Source: a virus
Reading direction: 5' to 3' (one strand)
Virus record (IMG/VR): IMGVR_UViG_3300035698_016731
Coordinates: 1-64,000 of that record
Length of the DNA: 64,000 nucleotides
Shown: in pieces, positions 55,613 to 64,000 of the stretch
Layout: every line of letters starts with the position of its first letter
Position numbering within the stretch: the first letter of the stretch is position 1
The notes under the pieces: model-generated
Told to the model about the DNA's origin: nothing
Databases searched by the model: none
The model's input: the letters and a program-made list of their open reading frames with translations, nothing else
Position numbers and translations under genes: made by a program

Positions 55613-56863
55613 TTATCCTCCCCATCCTATACATTCTCTAAGCAGAACTCTACATCTTTCTTCATACGTTTGCTTCGTGTCTCGTATCCAGTTGTAAGCA
55701 GCGTTCTGTATCCTCTCCATATCCTTTGGCTGAGATATAAGTTTCATTATTTTATTTACAATAATGTCATAATCCAAATCAAAGTTAATATTGAAAGGAT
55801 GATAGAACTTGTTATATTCTACATGAGTAACACCAGGTTCACCAAGTATTTCTCTTTGACCTACGAAAATGTGGTCAGTAAATAAAAGTCTTCCACAAGA
55901 CATAGCTTCTGTTGTTCTCATATTTACATCAAAATTTATAGAACTGTTTATTACAATCTTTCCCTTACAAAGCATTTCAGAATATTGAGGAGGATTGATA
56001 TTTCCTTGAAGCACTTTGAATTTCTTACCTAACAATTTAGAAAACTTCAATCGACAGAACATTTCAGCTCTATGATGATACTCTCCAAATCTGTGGTCTT
56101 GAGGACACCCTACTTGGAACAATGGATATTCAGGCTCTTCTCTTACTACTTGTCCATATTTGGTTTTGTGAATTACTTTAGACCATTTATAATCCATTTC
56201 AAAATCATCATGCTGTGGACACCCTTTAAGAATCTCTATCCCTGCTGCTCCCATAAAAACAATATCATACTTCTCATAATCTTGAGTTTCAGGGTATCGT
56301 TTATGGATGTCTGGGTCTGCTGCTGTAGGACTCCAAATTACTTTCTTTGGAGGATTGTAGATGACTTTCTTATCCCACATATTTATTACATGAGTTGTTT
56401 CAAATACTTCTTTATGATACAAATTGGCTATAGAAAGAAAATCCATTTTCCCCATTGCCATTGTCCACATGGTATTTCTTGGGCAACGATGAGTATCAAT
56501 TGTATGATAACAAACAGGAATATCTGGTTTCCAACCATCATCTCCAACAATAGGATATAAATTCGGTTCACTAAATACCAACAAATCAAAATTCGTATCA
56601 TAGCCTTTGCTCCGAATAATATCAAACAGCTCTGTATAAGTATAAAGTTCTGGGTGCTTTTTATAAGGAAGCTCTACATCATGAGTAAATCTTGTTCCAT
56701 GCTTCCTTTGTAAATCCCAACTCAATCCATCAGTACCTTCTGGACCAATACTTACAACATTTTCCCTACCCAAAACTTTACGGAAATTTCTCAGATAGTG
56801 CATACCAGTAGTTGGGGGACTATGTAGTACACCAAATAAGATATAAGGTTTTCCATTTTTCAT
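55613..56863 (-). CDS. glycosyltransferase (CgeB-like, GT-B)
   Basis: DTH, P.AADP..H, DIVF.G, KIVIN...DVNMR..EAM.CG, TY..R. Confidence 0.82.
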   Translation of the reverse strand: MKNGKPYILFGVLHSPPTTGMHYLRNFRKVLGRENVVSIGPEGTDGLSWDLQRKHGTRFTHDVELPYKKHPELYTYTELFDIIRSKGYDTNFDLLVFSEPNLYPIVGDDGWKPDIPVCYHTIDTHRCPRNTMWTMAMGKMDFLSIANLYHKEVFETTHVINMWDKKVIYNPPKKVIWSPTAADPDIHKRYPETQDYEKYDIVFMGAAGIEILKGCPQHDDFEMDYKWSKVIHKTKYGQVVREEPEYPLFQVGCPQDHRFGEYHHRAEMFCRLKFSKLLGKKFKVLQGNINPPQYSEMLCKGKIVINSSINFDVNMRTTEAMSCGRLLFTDHIFVGQREILGEPGVTHVEYNKFYHPFNINFDLDYDIIVNKIMKLISQPKDMERIQNAAYNWIRDTKQTYEERCRVLLRECIGWGG

Positions 56864-57876
56864 ATGTCATACTCTCCTTTTAAGATTTCTGTCCAATTTA
56901 TTGAATTATCAGTTTCGTAAGGTACATTGCCTCCTTTATAAATTATATCATAAAGTCTACTACAAAAAACAGATACATCCTCTCCATTCTTGTGCATAGT
57001 TTGAATATCTATCAGTCTACGATACATACTTGCCCCTCTCCATGTTTCTATAACTTTGCTCCTACCTGGAAAAACTAAATTTGGGAAAGTAAAAGGTTTT
57101 GGTTCTCTTTTTTCAAAGACTTTAAACTTCGCTTTATCAACTGAAAAAAGTCCAATAGATTCCAAATTTCTAAGATAATAATACAATCCTTGCCAAATAT
57201 TATTTTTCTTCAAATGAAGTGGGTCATGTCCATCCATATCATCAAAGAATGTATCCAAAAAAATACGACTGCCTTCTTTTAAATGTTCAGCAAAATGTTT
57301 TGCTACTTCTATTGGCTCCCAACAATGTTCCAATACTTGACTACAGATAATGTAATCATAAGTTTCTGTTAAATCTTTTTCGGTTACTATATCAACAAAC
57401 TTGACTCCTATTTCATATTTCTTGCAGATATACTGAAAATACTTAAAAGTAGGAGTAGGAAGGTCAGCAAAAGTAACATCATCATATCCTGCAAAGTATA
57501 AAGCCATAGCATTTGCACTATGCCCAAATCCATAGTCAATTATCTTAGCTTTTTTATTATTCTTCAATAAATGAAGTCCAAGAAATACAGATAGATTCTG
57601 TTTCTGTTCTAATAAAGATTTAGCATGGTTAAAAAAACCTTTATTATATAATCTGTTCTGTAACATCCATCCCATATCAGCATACATGGATTTGACTTGT
57701 TCTTGAGTAGAGGGAGCTATTTTATCATATACTTTCCTATGAACATCCGTACTTACACTTTTCATATCATCATTATATTTTTCGGTTAAATCTTTTAAAG
57801 ACTCCCCAAAAAACTCCTCAAAGTCTTTACTAAGGTCACTTGGTATTCTTTTCAATATTTCATCTGCTCTGTTCAT
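56860..57876 (-). CDS. class I SAM-dependent methyltransferase
   Basis: IIDYGFG, YDYIIC.QVLEH, LK.G. Confidence 0.8.
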   Translation of the reverse strand: MNRADEILKRIPSDLSKDFEEFFGESLKDLTEKYNDDMKSVSTDVHRKVYDKIAPSTQEQVKSMYADMGWMLQNRLYNKGFFNHAKSLLEQKQNLSVFLGLHLLKNNKKAKIIDYGFGHSANAMALYFAGYDDVTFADLPTPTFKYFQYICKKYEIGVKFVDIVTEKDLTETYDYIICSQVLEHCWEPIEVAKHFAEHLKEGSRIFLDTFFDDMDGHDPLHLKKNNIWQGLYYYLRNLESIGLFSVDKAKFKVFEKREPKPFTFPNLVFPGRSKVIETWRGASMYRRLIDIQTMHKNGEDVSVFCSRLYDIIYKGGNVPYETDNSINWTEILKGEYDI

Positions 57877-57903
57877 AATAATAGCTCCCTCCATTAAATT
57901 AAA

Positions 57904-58314
57904 TTATTTCATTCCCCACTTAATCTTTCTCCAAATAAACTCATTCCAAATATAGATAACATGCTTAATACCTATATAAGTGAGAGTAATAGCTGTCATT
58001 TGTTTTCCACTTCCTGTAATCAAATAAGTTATTAGTCCAAGAATTATATTTCCACAAAGAGTTTCATAAGTAAACATTTTACAAATAGACAATCTTAATG
58101 GACTTATTATTCTCTTATCTGAAAGATACCATAACCATATTCTTTCATGAAAGTAAAACACTACTAAGAATACACCATGATGAATAAAAGTTATCAATCC
58201 AGTTTGTACCCAATGGTGTGTATAAGCAAAAGTTACAGCTCCTAATATAATAACACCAACAATTCGCCATATAAAACTCTTCAATGCACTTCTAGTTTTT
58301 ATTTCAGTTTCCAT
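57904..58314 (-). CDS. DUF2061-like membrane protein (duplicated domain)
   Basis: RS.LKS..WR...YFHERIW, repeated as K.F.YE...WNE.IW. Confidence 0.7.
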   Translation of the reverse strand: METEIKTRSALKSFIWRIVGVIILGAVTFAYTHHWVQTGLITFIHHGVFLVVFYFHERIWLWYLSDKRIISPLRLSICKMFTYETLCGNIILGLITYLITGSGKQMTAITLTYIGIKHVIYIWNEFIWRKIKWGMK

Positions 58315-58410
58315 TTTAATCCTCCAGTTACTTCTACAATTTCCCATCCATTATGTGGGTCACTATCTGCTGATAGACTAAACTCACTCGGTTTTGTAGT
58401 TACACAACCA

Positions 58411-58872
58411 TTAAGTGCTATGAGAACTACCATCATCATAAACAACCTTTTCATCTTTCCCTTCCTTTATCTTGTTCTTTATATCAGTTGAACTTTGATA
58501 AGGATAATATGGAAGTACAATCACTTTTCCTCCCCATGTTGAAACAACTTTTCTCATATTATCAATATCTTTTTCCTTATGGCTTTCAGATTCCATAAGA
58601 ATATCAGGTTTGATATTGATAATATTTTCATATGGAGAGTATTCATTTTGAGGAATTGCTACGTCAACATATCTAATAGCCTCTGCTATTTGTAGCCGTT
58701 CTTCAAAAGAAATAATTGGTTTTGGTTTCTTTTCCATACAAGCCTCATCCGTCAATACACCAACAACTAACTGCCCTCCTTCACCAGCTAATGCTTTAGA
58801 ATTTTTCATCATTAATAAATGTCCTTTATGAACAACATCCAATACATAATAACTATAGACTATTTTACTCAT
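58411..58872 (-). CDS. cytidylyl/adenylyltransferase (HxGH family)
   Basis: DVVHKGH, LVVGVLTDE, ER..I...I.YVD, SST.IK. Confidence 0.88.
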   Translation of the reverse strand: MSKIVYSYYVLDVVHKGHLLMMKNSKALAGEGGQLVVGVLTDEACMEKKPKPIISFEERLQIAEAIRYVDVAIPQNEYSPYENIINIKPDILMESESHKEKDIDNMRKVVSTWGGKVIVLPYYPYQSSTDIKNKIKEGKDEKVVYDDGSSHST

Positions 58873-59138
58873 GTTTTCACCTCATCCTCACCATAAAATC
58901 TTAATTCACTTCTCCTATTATCTTTAGGTACACCTGCTAAACTTCTATCAATTTTTATAGTTACAATAACTTTATCAAGTTTAGGACAATCATTTTCTAT
59001 ATAATGGCGAAGTAAATCCATTATTTTATTGTTTAATTTTGCAGTATGTTTTATAATAATGGCTTCATTATCTATACCACATCTTCTAAAATGACCATGT
59101 GCATAACACTTATCACAACTTTCACATATATTATTCAT
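58869..59138 (-). CDS. hypothetical Cys-containing protein
   Basis: coupled ORF. Confidence 0.5.
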   Translation of the reverse strand: MNNICESCDKCYAHGHFRRCGIDNEAIIIKHTAKLNNKIMDLLRHYIENDCPKLDKVIVTIKIDRSLAGVPKDNRRSELRFYGEDEVKT

Positions 59139-59139
59139 T

Positions 59140-59922
59140 TTACACCTTCCCAATTAAATAAATCATTCTCTTTTTATCATAGGTACAAGCACTTTCTTCA
59201 TAATCTCCATAACAATCTATAGTTTTTAATCCTGCTTTATCAATCATAAGTTCCATTTCACTCTTACTTACATATCTTACTTCATTCTTTCTTATGGTTA
59301 CTGTTTCTATATTATCTGTCTGTTTATCTTTTATAATATAAACGTAAGTAAGGTAATTAATCTGTGTATCAAAATTTGTTACAATCTTTTTATATCTATC
59401 TACTTTATATCCATTAATAATCTTATCTTTATAGTCTTCCACTAATACATCTTTATACTTTACAAGGTCTTCATATTTCTGACGAAAGCAATCTATTATC
59501 ATTATACCATCATCAGCTAACCAGTTTCTTGCTCTTCGTAAAAATAACTGCTGTTCGTACAAAGAAGTAAAATGATAGAACACATCAAAAGCTAAAATAA
59601 TAAGTTTAAAAGGTTCTATACCAATTACTGGAGAAAAGTTTGTTCCATTACAAACATGAGCATGACACACACCTCCAACATCAGGTTGGTATTCAGATAT
59701 TTTTCTTTTTAATTTCTTTATCATTTCTCCTGAAACATCTACAGCCACAACTTCATGTCCTTCATTTAGTAAAGGCAGAGTAACCCTTCCAGTACCACAG
59801 CCCATATCTAATATAGGACTTCGAGCATGTTTCAGATAAAGAGCAATATCACCTTTCTTACTATCACTCTCTCCCATATCCTTATCATAAACATTTGCAA
59901 AGTCATCGTAGTATGCTTTCAT
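59140..59922 (-). CDS. class I SAM-dependent methyltransferase
   Basis: FA.VYD, ILDMGCGTGR, VDVS.EM, L..DG. Confidence 0.9.
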   Translation of the reverse strand: MKAYYDDFANVYDKDMGESDSKKGDIALYLKHARSPILDMGCGTGRVTLPLLNEGHEVVAVDVSGEMIKKLKRKISEYQPDVGGVCHAHVCNGTNFSPVIGIEPFKLIILAFDVFYHFTSLYEQQLFLRRARNWLADDGIMIIDCFRQKYEDLVKYKDVLVEDYKDKIINGYKVDRYKKIVTNFDTQINYLTYVYIIKDKQTDNIETVTIRKNEVRYVSKSEMELMIDKAGLKTIDCYGDYEESACTYDKKRMIYLIGKV

Positions 59923-60863
59923 TCTTTTATCTCCTCTCTTAACCAGAAATCCCAAGGTCTAAATTTTCCAATATCTTTTATTCCTGCTTCCTTACATTTA
60001 TCACAAAGCCAATATCCTCTTTTCCAAACTTCGGTACATTTTGCATATTCTTCTTTATCAGGAGTAGTACTGAAACCCTTTTCACCCTTTCCACATCCAA
60101 GACATAACTTCCAACCTTCATTCAATGCCCACCTAGTACCTTTTAAATTATTTACAGGAGAACACATTTGGTCTTGATTTCCTGTTGCCCCAAAATGATA
60201 GACAGCAGACTGGAAACCTTGCTTACATTCAAATCCTTCTAATGGAGGTAAATTCCCGCCAAACTTCTCTGTCCCATAAGTCTGTCTAGCCTCAAGTTGC
60301 CTTTCATGTCCCCACCCATGAGTACAATGAAAAGTATAACCATAGTATTTAAAAAAGTTTTCTCTGTGATGTACTAATGGATATCCTATTTGCCAATGGT
60401 CAGGTTGATGTTTATGTTCTTCTATTAGTTTCAAAACTTCTTCTTCTTTAAAAGTTTCAAGTTTTCCAAATTCATAGACATATTCATGACCTGTATTACA
60501 TTCATATCGAAACAGATTTCCAAAACAAGCTGGGTGCATAAAGTCCATTATTGCTTTATCCCAATTTGGACCAAACCATACGTCATCATTACAGATACTT
60601 ACATATTCTCCATGTGCTTTCCATGCTCCATAATCACAACACAAATCATATTGTCCAAATGCTGTTGGATAATAACTAAAAATATCTCCTTTTACTAATC
60701 TATCATCTAAAACTTTTATAGTCTGCCAACTAGGAAAATCACTTACAATTATCAACTCGTTGTCGTAATACGAATTCTTTTCCAAACTAGCTAAACAAAG
60801 TTCTAACCATTCACTTGCCCATCTAGTTACAATTATAACACTAAGATTTGATTTTGGTTTCAT
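59919..60863 (-). CDS. glycosyltransferase family 2
   Basis: LSVII, L..CL.SL, ELIIV.D, A.GEYV...NDD. Confidence 0.85.
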   Translation of the reverse strand: MKPKSNLSVIIVTRWASEWLELCLASLEKNSYYDNELIIVSDFPSWQTIKVLDDRLVKGDIFSYYPTAFGQYDLCCDYGAWKAHGEYVSICNDDVWFGPNWDKAIMDFMHPACFGNLFRYECNTGHEYVYEFGKLETFKEEEVLKLIEEHKHQPDHWQIGYPLVHHRENFFKYYGYTFHCTHGWGHERQLEARQTYGTEKFGGNLPPLEGFECKQGFQSAVYHFGATGNQDQMCSPVNNLKGTRWALNEGWKLCLGCGKGEKGFSTTPDKEEYAKCTEVWKRGYWLCDKCKEAGIKDIGKFRPWDFWLREEIKE

Positions 60864-61713
60864 ATCTCTCCTTCATCCAATTGATAGTCAATACTAATCC
60901 TTGTTTAAGATTAACTGTCTGTTCCAAACCTAATCTACTTTTCGCTGTATCATTATCAAGTTTCTTTATTCCAACTGTCAAAGGCTCTGTTTCCTTCATC
61001 TCTACAAGAGCATTAGCTTGAGGCAAACATCCTGCTATATTTGTAAACACTTCCCAATTCTCACTTTCCTCATCTCCTGTAACATTGTAAGTATCTATAC
61101 AAACTTCCTCATTTGCTGCATTAGCAAAAGCCTTAATTGCATCATCTATATACAACCATGTCCTTTTGTGATTCTTGTATAGAGTGAACTCTTCTTCCTT
61201 TAAGCATTTATAAATCAATGTAGGAATCAGTCCTCTATACTGACTATACTCTTCTTTTCCATACAAGCCACTCGGTCTTATAATTATAGTCTCAGTTCCT
61301 TTTCTTTCCATGGAGTTTCTTACCATGTGTTCTCCAACATATTTACTCATAGCATAATCATTATAGAGTCTTCCACCTTCTCCTAATGCCTCAGAAGATG
61401 AAAAGTAAATCATTTTGAACTTTATCTTCTCTTGCAACATTATCATATTCTTAGTGCCAATAGCATTCACTTCCCAAAGATTCTTATATCTGTCTTCACC
61501 TCTGTGTCTACCATAAATAGCAGCAAGATGGTATACAACATCGAACCAATTATTATGAAACACTTTCTGTAGTTGAAAGAAGTCTGATATATCACACTCT
61601 ATGTCTGCTGTATCTTTTACATCAAGACTGTATACATCATGTCCTCTGTCTTTTAATTCTTTTACTAATTCTTTTCCTACATTCCCTTCTCCGCCAGTAA
61701 CTAATATTTTCAT
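60841..61713 (-). CDS. NAD-dependent epimerase/dehydratase
   Basis: ILVTGGEGNVG, HLAA, SSS, YAMSK. Confidence 0.9.
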   Translation of the reverse strand: MKILVTGGEGNVGKELVKELKDRGHDVYSLDVKDTADIECDISDFFQLQKVFHNNWFDVVYHLAAIYGRHRGEDRYKNLWEVNAIGTKNMIMLQEKIKFKMIYFSSSEALGEGGRLYNDYAMSKYVGEHMVRNSMERKGTETIIIRPSGLYGKEEYSQYRGLIPTLIYKCLKEEEFTLYKNHKRTWLYIDDAIKAFANAANEEVCIDTYNVTGDEESENWEVFTNIAGCLPQANALVEMKETEPLTVGIKKLDNDTAKSRLGLEQTVNLKQGLVLTINWMKERYETKIKS

Positions 61714-62246
61714 TTGAATCTCCTTTTTTCTCTTAAAGGATATATAGTCATACTTTTACTAATATCAAAAGAAAGTGTTTCTTCTGGCAAACTACTATTC
61801 ATTTTAAGTTTAGTATAAAAGTAATTATCTTTAGTACAAGCCTTTACTGCCTTATTTTCAGAATCAAAAATCCCTTGAACTTCCCAAATAGTATCTGGGA
61901 ATACTCCTTTTTCATATTTACCAACTAGATATACATAATCTTTTTCATATTCAGGACTTGGTTCTTCGTTTTCCCAATAGCCTTGTTCTTCTAAAAACTT
62001 ATCTAATTCAGTTTTAGAAAAAATCTTTCCATTAAATTGAAAATGCTGTTCCTCATCTCTTAACTTTTTCATATATTTTTCCTTTCTTTTAGGTATAATC
62101 TGGTCATTAGTTACACGAAGTGTTTTCATTGTTTCTGGACTAACAATGCCTCCTTGGTGTAATATAGGTTCTTTTGCCCCTAATTCATTTAAAAAGACTT
62201 CTGGATTCTTATCCATTCCATGACAAATATATTTTTTCTGTTTCAT
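61710..62246 (-). CDS. hypothetical protein
   Basis: coupled ORF. Confidence 0.55.
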   Translation of the reverse strand: MKQKKYICHGMDKNPEVFLNELGAKEPILHQGGIVSPETMKTLRVTNDQIIPKRKEKYMKKLRDEEQHFQFNGKIFSKTELDKFLEEQGYWENEEPSPEYEKDYVYLVGKYEKGVFPDTIWEVQGIFDSENKAVKACTKDNYFYTKLKMNSSLPEETLSFDISKSMTIYPLREKRRFK

Positions 62247-62806
62247 AATTTATCTATTGCCTCCATCCATATTTCAGCCATGGCTTTATATCCCATATTA
62301 TCAAAGTGAACTTTATCTATTCTATATTTATTCAATGGAGTCATATCTACAAAAGCTACCTCATAATTATAAAGAAACTTTTTTATTATTTCATTATACT
62401 GGTCAACATACCATTGAGAACCAATAGGATAGTCAAATAAACCTGTTCCCTTTATACTAGGCAATGTAGCCAGAATAACTCTTTTCTTAAACAATATACA
62501 CAACTGAATAAGCTCTTTAAGATTCTTTCTGAATATAGGAACTGGCACCCTTTCCTTTGCATCATTAGTACCTATCATCAGAAGAACCAAGGCACTCTCA
62601 GGATAGCTCTTCAATGTTTTATATGCTCGATTAAGAAGGTCTGAACTGGTTTGTCGAACTATCCCTTCATTTACTACAACAAAAAACTTTTTCTTATGCT
62701 TCTCATTTAACATTTGTTGTAGTTCAAGAGGATAACCTCTTCTATACTCATCTCTTGCTCCTGATGTTAATGAATCTCCTAATCCAATAATTAAATCCCA
62801 AATCAT
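62243..62806 (-). CDS. SGNH/GDSL hydrolase
   Basis: GDSLT, N.G, IGTND, D.VH. Confidence 0.9.
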   Translation of the reverse strand: MIWDLIIGLGDSLTSGARDEYRRGYPLELQQMLNEKHKKKFFVVVNEGIVRQTSSDLLNRAYKTLKSYPESALVLLMIGTNDAKERVPVPIFRKNLKELIQLCILFKKRVILATLPSIKGTGLFDYPIGSQWYVDQYNEIIKKFLYNYEVAFVDMTPLNKYRIDKVHFDNMGYKAMAEIWMEAIDKL

Positions 62807-64000
62807 ATTTTTACTCCTTTAACTACCACAAATTTCATATCAAACCAAACATCTCCATACGGATGACCACTTCTAACATCTGCTTCTTCACAAAAGTTTA
62901 CAACTCTCTTATATTCAAGAGATGAATTGTGATAACATCTTTTAAAAGCTCTTTCTTCATATATATCAAACAATTTTAAACTCTGTAAAGATACATGAGG
63001 AACTACAATTTCCTTAATCTCAGGAGTTGCAAATCCTATTGCTTGTAAAAGTTGGAGTATTTTTCCTTTAGAATAAACATGCTGTTTTAAAGTATAATCA
63101 GCACCTGAAACACTTTCCCAATCTTCAAACAAGCTATCTGAAAAAGGTATCTCATTACAGAAGATAAAACTTCCTCCTTCTTTCAATACTCTATGTACTT
63201 CTTTTAAAGAGTCTAATACAGTTTCTTTAAATTCTAAATAATCAATTACTTCTCTCATGATTACAGCATCAAATTCTTCATTAGGAAATTTTATCCTAGT
63301 TACATCCCCAGTTCTAATGTCAATCTCTTTATCTTTAACTTGAAGTAACATAGATGGAGATACATCAATACCATAAAACTTCTTATCTGTTAATTGTCCT
63401 TTTAAATATTTACTTACTATTCCAGTCCCACAACCTGCATCTAATATTCTTTTTCCTTTTTTTGCAAAATCAGAAATAGTTTGTAATACATTTTTATCTG
63501 AAACAGGGCTCATCTTGTCATAAACTTCAGCTCTCTTTGCCCAATCATCTATCCCTACTTCATCAAAAACACCTTTAACATATTCTAAATTTTTATAATT
63601 CAAATATCTAAACTGAAGCTCTTTTTTACTTATAATTCCATCAACAGGAAACTTCTTTAACTCTTTATATATCTCTTTAACTATGTCATCTCTCTCTTTC
63701 GACAAGTTAATTTTCTCTTCTGGGTCATGGAATATATTATAAAGCATAGTAGTTGTACCTCTGTCAACTTCTGACAGAAGTATTAACTTCCATCCATCTT
63801 GTCTAATAAGAGTAAAGATTCTTGTTGTCCCTGCCCTATCAATATAAACATCACGGAAAATAGAAGCATCATATTCTTTTATTGATTCATCCAAATAATT
63901 TCGCCAGCTCTTTCCATCAATAGGAGTCTCCAATGGTTTGTCCAAAAAATCTAACAATGTAGGCATAATATCTATGTATGGTGTAACCATTTCAATTCGT
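62803..64000 (-). CDS. sulfatase-like C-terminal region fused to SAM methyltransferase (5' end outside window)
   Basis: IDI.PTLLD, IDGKS, WKLI, LY....DP.E..NL; then LDAGCGTG, RVLK.GG; frame open to window edge. Confidence 0.8.
   Translation of the reverse strand, partial: RIEMVTPYIDIMPTLLDFLDKPLETPIDGKSWRNYLDESIKEYDASIFRDVYIDRAGTTRIFTLIRQDGWKLILLSEVDRGTTTMLYNIFHDPEEKINLSKERDDIVKEIYKELKKFPVDGIISKKELQFRYLNYKNLEYVKGVFDEVGIDDWAKRAEVYDKMSPVSDKNVLQTISDFAKKGKRILDAGCGTGIVSKYLKGQLTDKKFYGIDVSPSMLLQVKDKEIDIRTGDVTRIKFPNEEFDAVIMREVIDYLEFKETVLDSLKEVHRVLKEGGSFIFCNEIPFSDSLFEDWESVSGADYTLKQHVYSKGKILQLLQAIGFATPEIKEIVVPHVSLQSLKLFDIYEERAFKRCYHNSSLEYKRVVNFCEEADVRSGHPYGDVWFDMKFVVVKGVKI

Noticed and set aside
1-64000. 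Stop-codon reassignment
   Set aside because: Conserved genes are full length under code 11, and TAA, TGA and TAG all terminate genes.

Overview
This window is 64 kb of an AT-rich, large tailed dsDNA phage genome (Caudoviricetes, standard code 11, strong Shine-Dalgarno motifs). It is siphovirus-like: there is a tube and a tape measure but no sheath gene. The + strand arm (1-33193) carries a DnaB helicase, primase, a nucleotide metabolism/modification cluster (FAD oxidoreductase, MazG/dUTPase-HAD fusion, atypical ThyX), a C1 peptidase and RtcB. It also carries DnaE with an HNH intein and a fused family-4 UDG, an SPFH protein, two prepilin-like genes, a UvsY/SSB/RecA/SbcCD/RuvC recombination module, a holin and the terminase. 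The - strand arm (33276-64000) carries LamG-rich tail proteins, hub, tape measure, frameshifting tail chaperones, tube and head-tail genes, and a ~10.6 kb glycosylation/methylation cluster. The top candidate for a new system is at 13415-13914. It is an array of seven structured RNA units sharing a covarying bulged-stem scaffold (consensus 5'-RAGRC-ADA-RRRAGT-TCCTA-[payload]-T-ACTYYY-C-GYCTY-3'). The variable payloads resemble tRNA anticodon stem-loops (Ser-UGA, Ile-GAU, Val-like, possibly Gln/Pro and Lys/Gly). The array lies directly upstream of a ~634-aa helical plus TerD-like protein, and its operon has the same promoter motif as rtcB. My inference is a phage ribonucleoprotein tRNA-decoy/RNA-repair system, analogous to Ro60-Y RNA, countering anticodon nucleases. 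All family assignments come from motif recognition by eye; no searches were run.
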